NCBI GenBank assembly: GCA_963734415.1 | Contig: CAVTHF010000003.1 | Coordinates: 48,002 to 112,001 of the forward strand | Direction of reading: 5' to 3' | Length of the DNA: 64,000 nt | Origin: an uncultured Acidobacteriota bacterium | GTDB taxonomy: Bacteria > Acidobacteriota > Terriglobia > Terriglobales > Acidobacteriaceae | Part shown: piece after piece, positions 62,739 to 64,000 of the stretch | Numbering within the stretch: position 1 is the stretch's first letter | Layout: each line of letters begins with the position of its first letter | The notes under the pieces: generated by a model | Seen by the model: only the letters and a program-made list of their open reading frames with translations | What the model was told of the DNA's origin: nothing | Database searches by the model: none | Made by a program: the position numbers and the translations under genes

Positions 62739-64000
62739 ATGAAAACTCTCGTTTGCGTGTCTTGGCTTGTGATCTTCGCGGTTGCTTGCAGTTGTACGGC
62801 CATGAGTCAGAGTCAGTACAAAGTGATCTACAGTTTCGGCGCATCTTCACAGGATGGTAGCTTCCCGAATGGTGGCCTCGTTTTCGATCACGCAGGGAAT
62901 CTCTATGGCACAACCCAATTCGGCGGGGCAGGTGTTGGGTGTCAATTCTGCGGTACGGTGTTCGAACTAACCCCAGCCCAGGGCGGAGCTGACTGAGAGT
63001 GTCATCTACAACTTTTGCTCACAACCTAATTGTATTGACGGCGAGGAACCTGCTGCAGGCTTGATCTTCGACAATCTCGGCAATCTGTACGGTACAACAG
63101 TTACCGGCGGTGCGAATCAAGGGGGAACAATCTTTGAACTATCGCCTCCCTTATCTCCAGGGGCCAGTTGGACGGAACATGTGCTGTGGAGTTTCGGCGA
63201 TATAGCGGATGATGGCGGGCTACCATACAGTAGGCTGAACTGGGACGTTGCGGGAAACTTGTACGGCACCACATGAGAAGGAGGGAGCGGCAGAGGCGGG
63301 GGTACAGTTTTTAGGTTGAGCCCTAATAACGACGGAACTTGGTCTCAAACCGTGCTGCACTCCTTCTGTCCGATCGATCCCCGCCACTGTCCTGACGGCA
63401 TGGATCCATGGCTGGCGTCACATTCGACAAATCTGGCAATCTCTACGGTACCACGTGGATGGGTGGTTTTAACAACAAGTGGGGAGTGCTGTATCAACTC
63501 TCGCCGCCGCCGTCGGGTGACCAATGGACTGAGAATACATTGTACAAGTTTGTGGGTAATGGCGGCGGCCAGCCACTCTCTGTTGTCGGTTTCGACGATG
63601 CAGGCAATGCCTATGTTACCGCTTCCGCCGGAGCGTCAAATAGTCCCGGAGGATGTGGGGGTATTTTTAGTTTGTTCCCAATTCTGGAACTGGTGGGCGA
63701 AAACTCTCCTATTTGTTTTTGCCTAATGACACTGGATGTCATCCTGTTGCGGGCGTTTTTGTGACCGACAAACCGGGAACATTATACGGAACAACGAAAA
63801 ACGGTGGGCAGGGCAGCGCAGGAAACATCTACAAGGTAACAGGCAAGAATGTGAAAGTGCTCTATACATTCTGCTCACAGCCACAATGCGCGGATGGCTA
63901 CCATCCGACAGGCTCATTGACTGGCAACAAAGGCAAACTCTATAGCACCACATTGCAGGGCGGAGCGTTCAACCAGGGGGTGGTGTTTGAACTCTCACCC
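62739..64000 (+). pseudogene. GloVer-type tandem-repeat secreted protein, multiply disrupted; continues past the window end
   Basis: Signal peptide MKTLVCVSWLVIFAVACSC. Repeat units GNLYGTTxxGGxxxxGxVFEL/xxSFCSQxxCxDG continue across frames 0, 1, 0, 1 and 2. Lesions: +1 at about 62988, in-frame TGA at 63274-63276, -1 at about 63406, and further shifts at about 63680-63735. Confidence 0.8.

Noticed and set aside
63274-63276. In-frame TGA in the GloVer gene as a second selenocysteine codon
   Set aside because: The position is a variable, non-catalytic repeat residue where another unit has Trp. The gene also carries several frameshifts, and I noted no hairpin.

Overview
High-GC bacterial chromosomal segment. 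It looks like Acidobacteriota (Terriglobia-like), inferred from GloVer-type repeat proteins, CACAGAGG and CACGGAT intergenic palindromes, and a GTGGGGCGGACACTCTTGTCCGCC REP hairpin family. I support about 60 protein genes and one tRNA-Pro(CGG); there is no rRNA and no CRISPR array.

Content from left to right:
- mltG and ruvX, split by a 2.4-kb accessory insertion. The insertion carries an AhpD-like gene with an in-frame UGA at a CxxC cysteine position plus a downstream hairpin (candidate selenoprotein).
- Housekeeping genes: AI-2E transporter, carD, greA, CDP-alcohol phosphatidyltransferase.
- A REP/RAYT island (REPtron) with an IS remnant and an orphan PD-(D/E)XK nuclease.
- An aminotransferase and an aldehyde dehydrogenase.
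- An ECF sigma factor coupled to a soluble triple-VOC protein.
- A MacB-type ABC efflux operon.
- A block of orphan hypothetical genes.
- An SPFH gene, then a translationally coupled module of secreted protein, SBP, histidine kinase and sigma-54 regulator.
- A 12-kb one-strand exopolysaccharide locus: Wza, Wzz, degenerate BY-kinase, NusG paralog, priming transferase, Wzy-like protein, Wzx, three GT4 units and rfbD.
- An atypical LuxR regulator and an RND efflux operon.
- A transporter, a metallohydrolase, ada, tatA, DUF481 and nagA genes.
- tRNA-Pro next to a decayed GloVer-repeat gene.

The most pervasive oddity is that at least 10 genes are broken by single-base indels. Nearly all are +1 insertions, mostly outside homopolymers, which points to either assembly error or unusual gene decay.

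All calls come from reading the sequence and the ORF translations. No database search was run.
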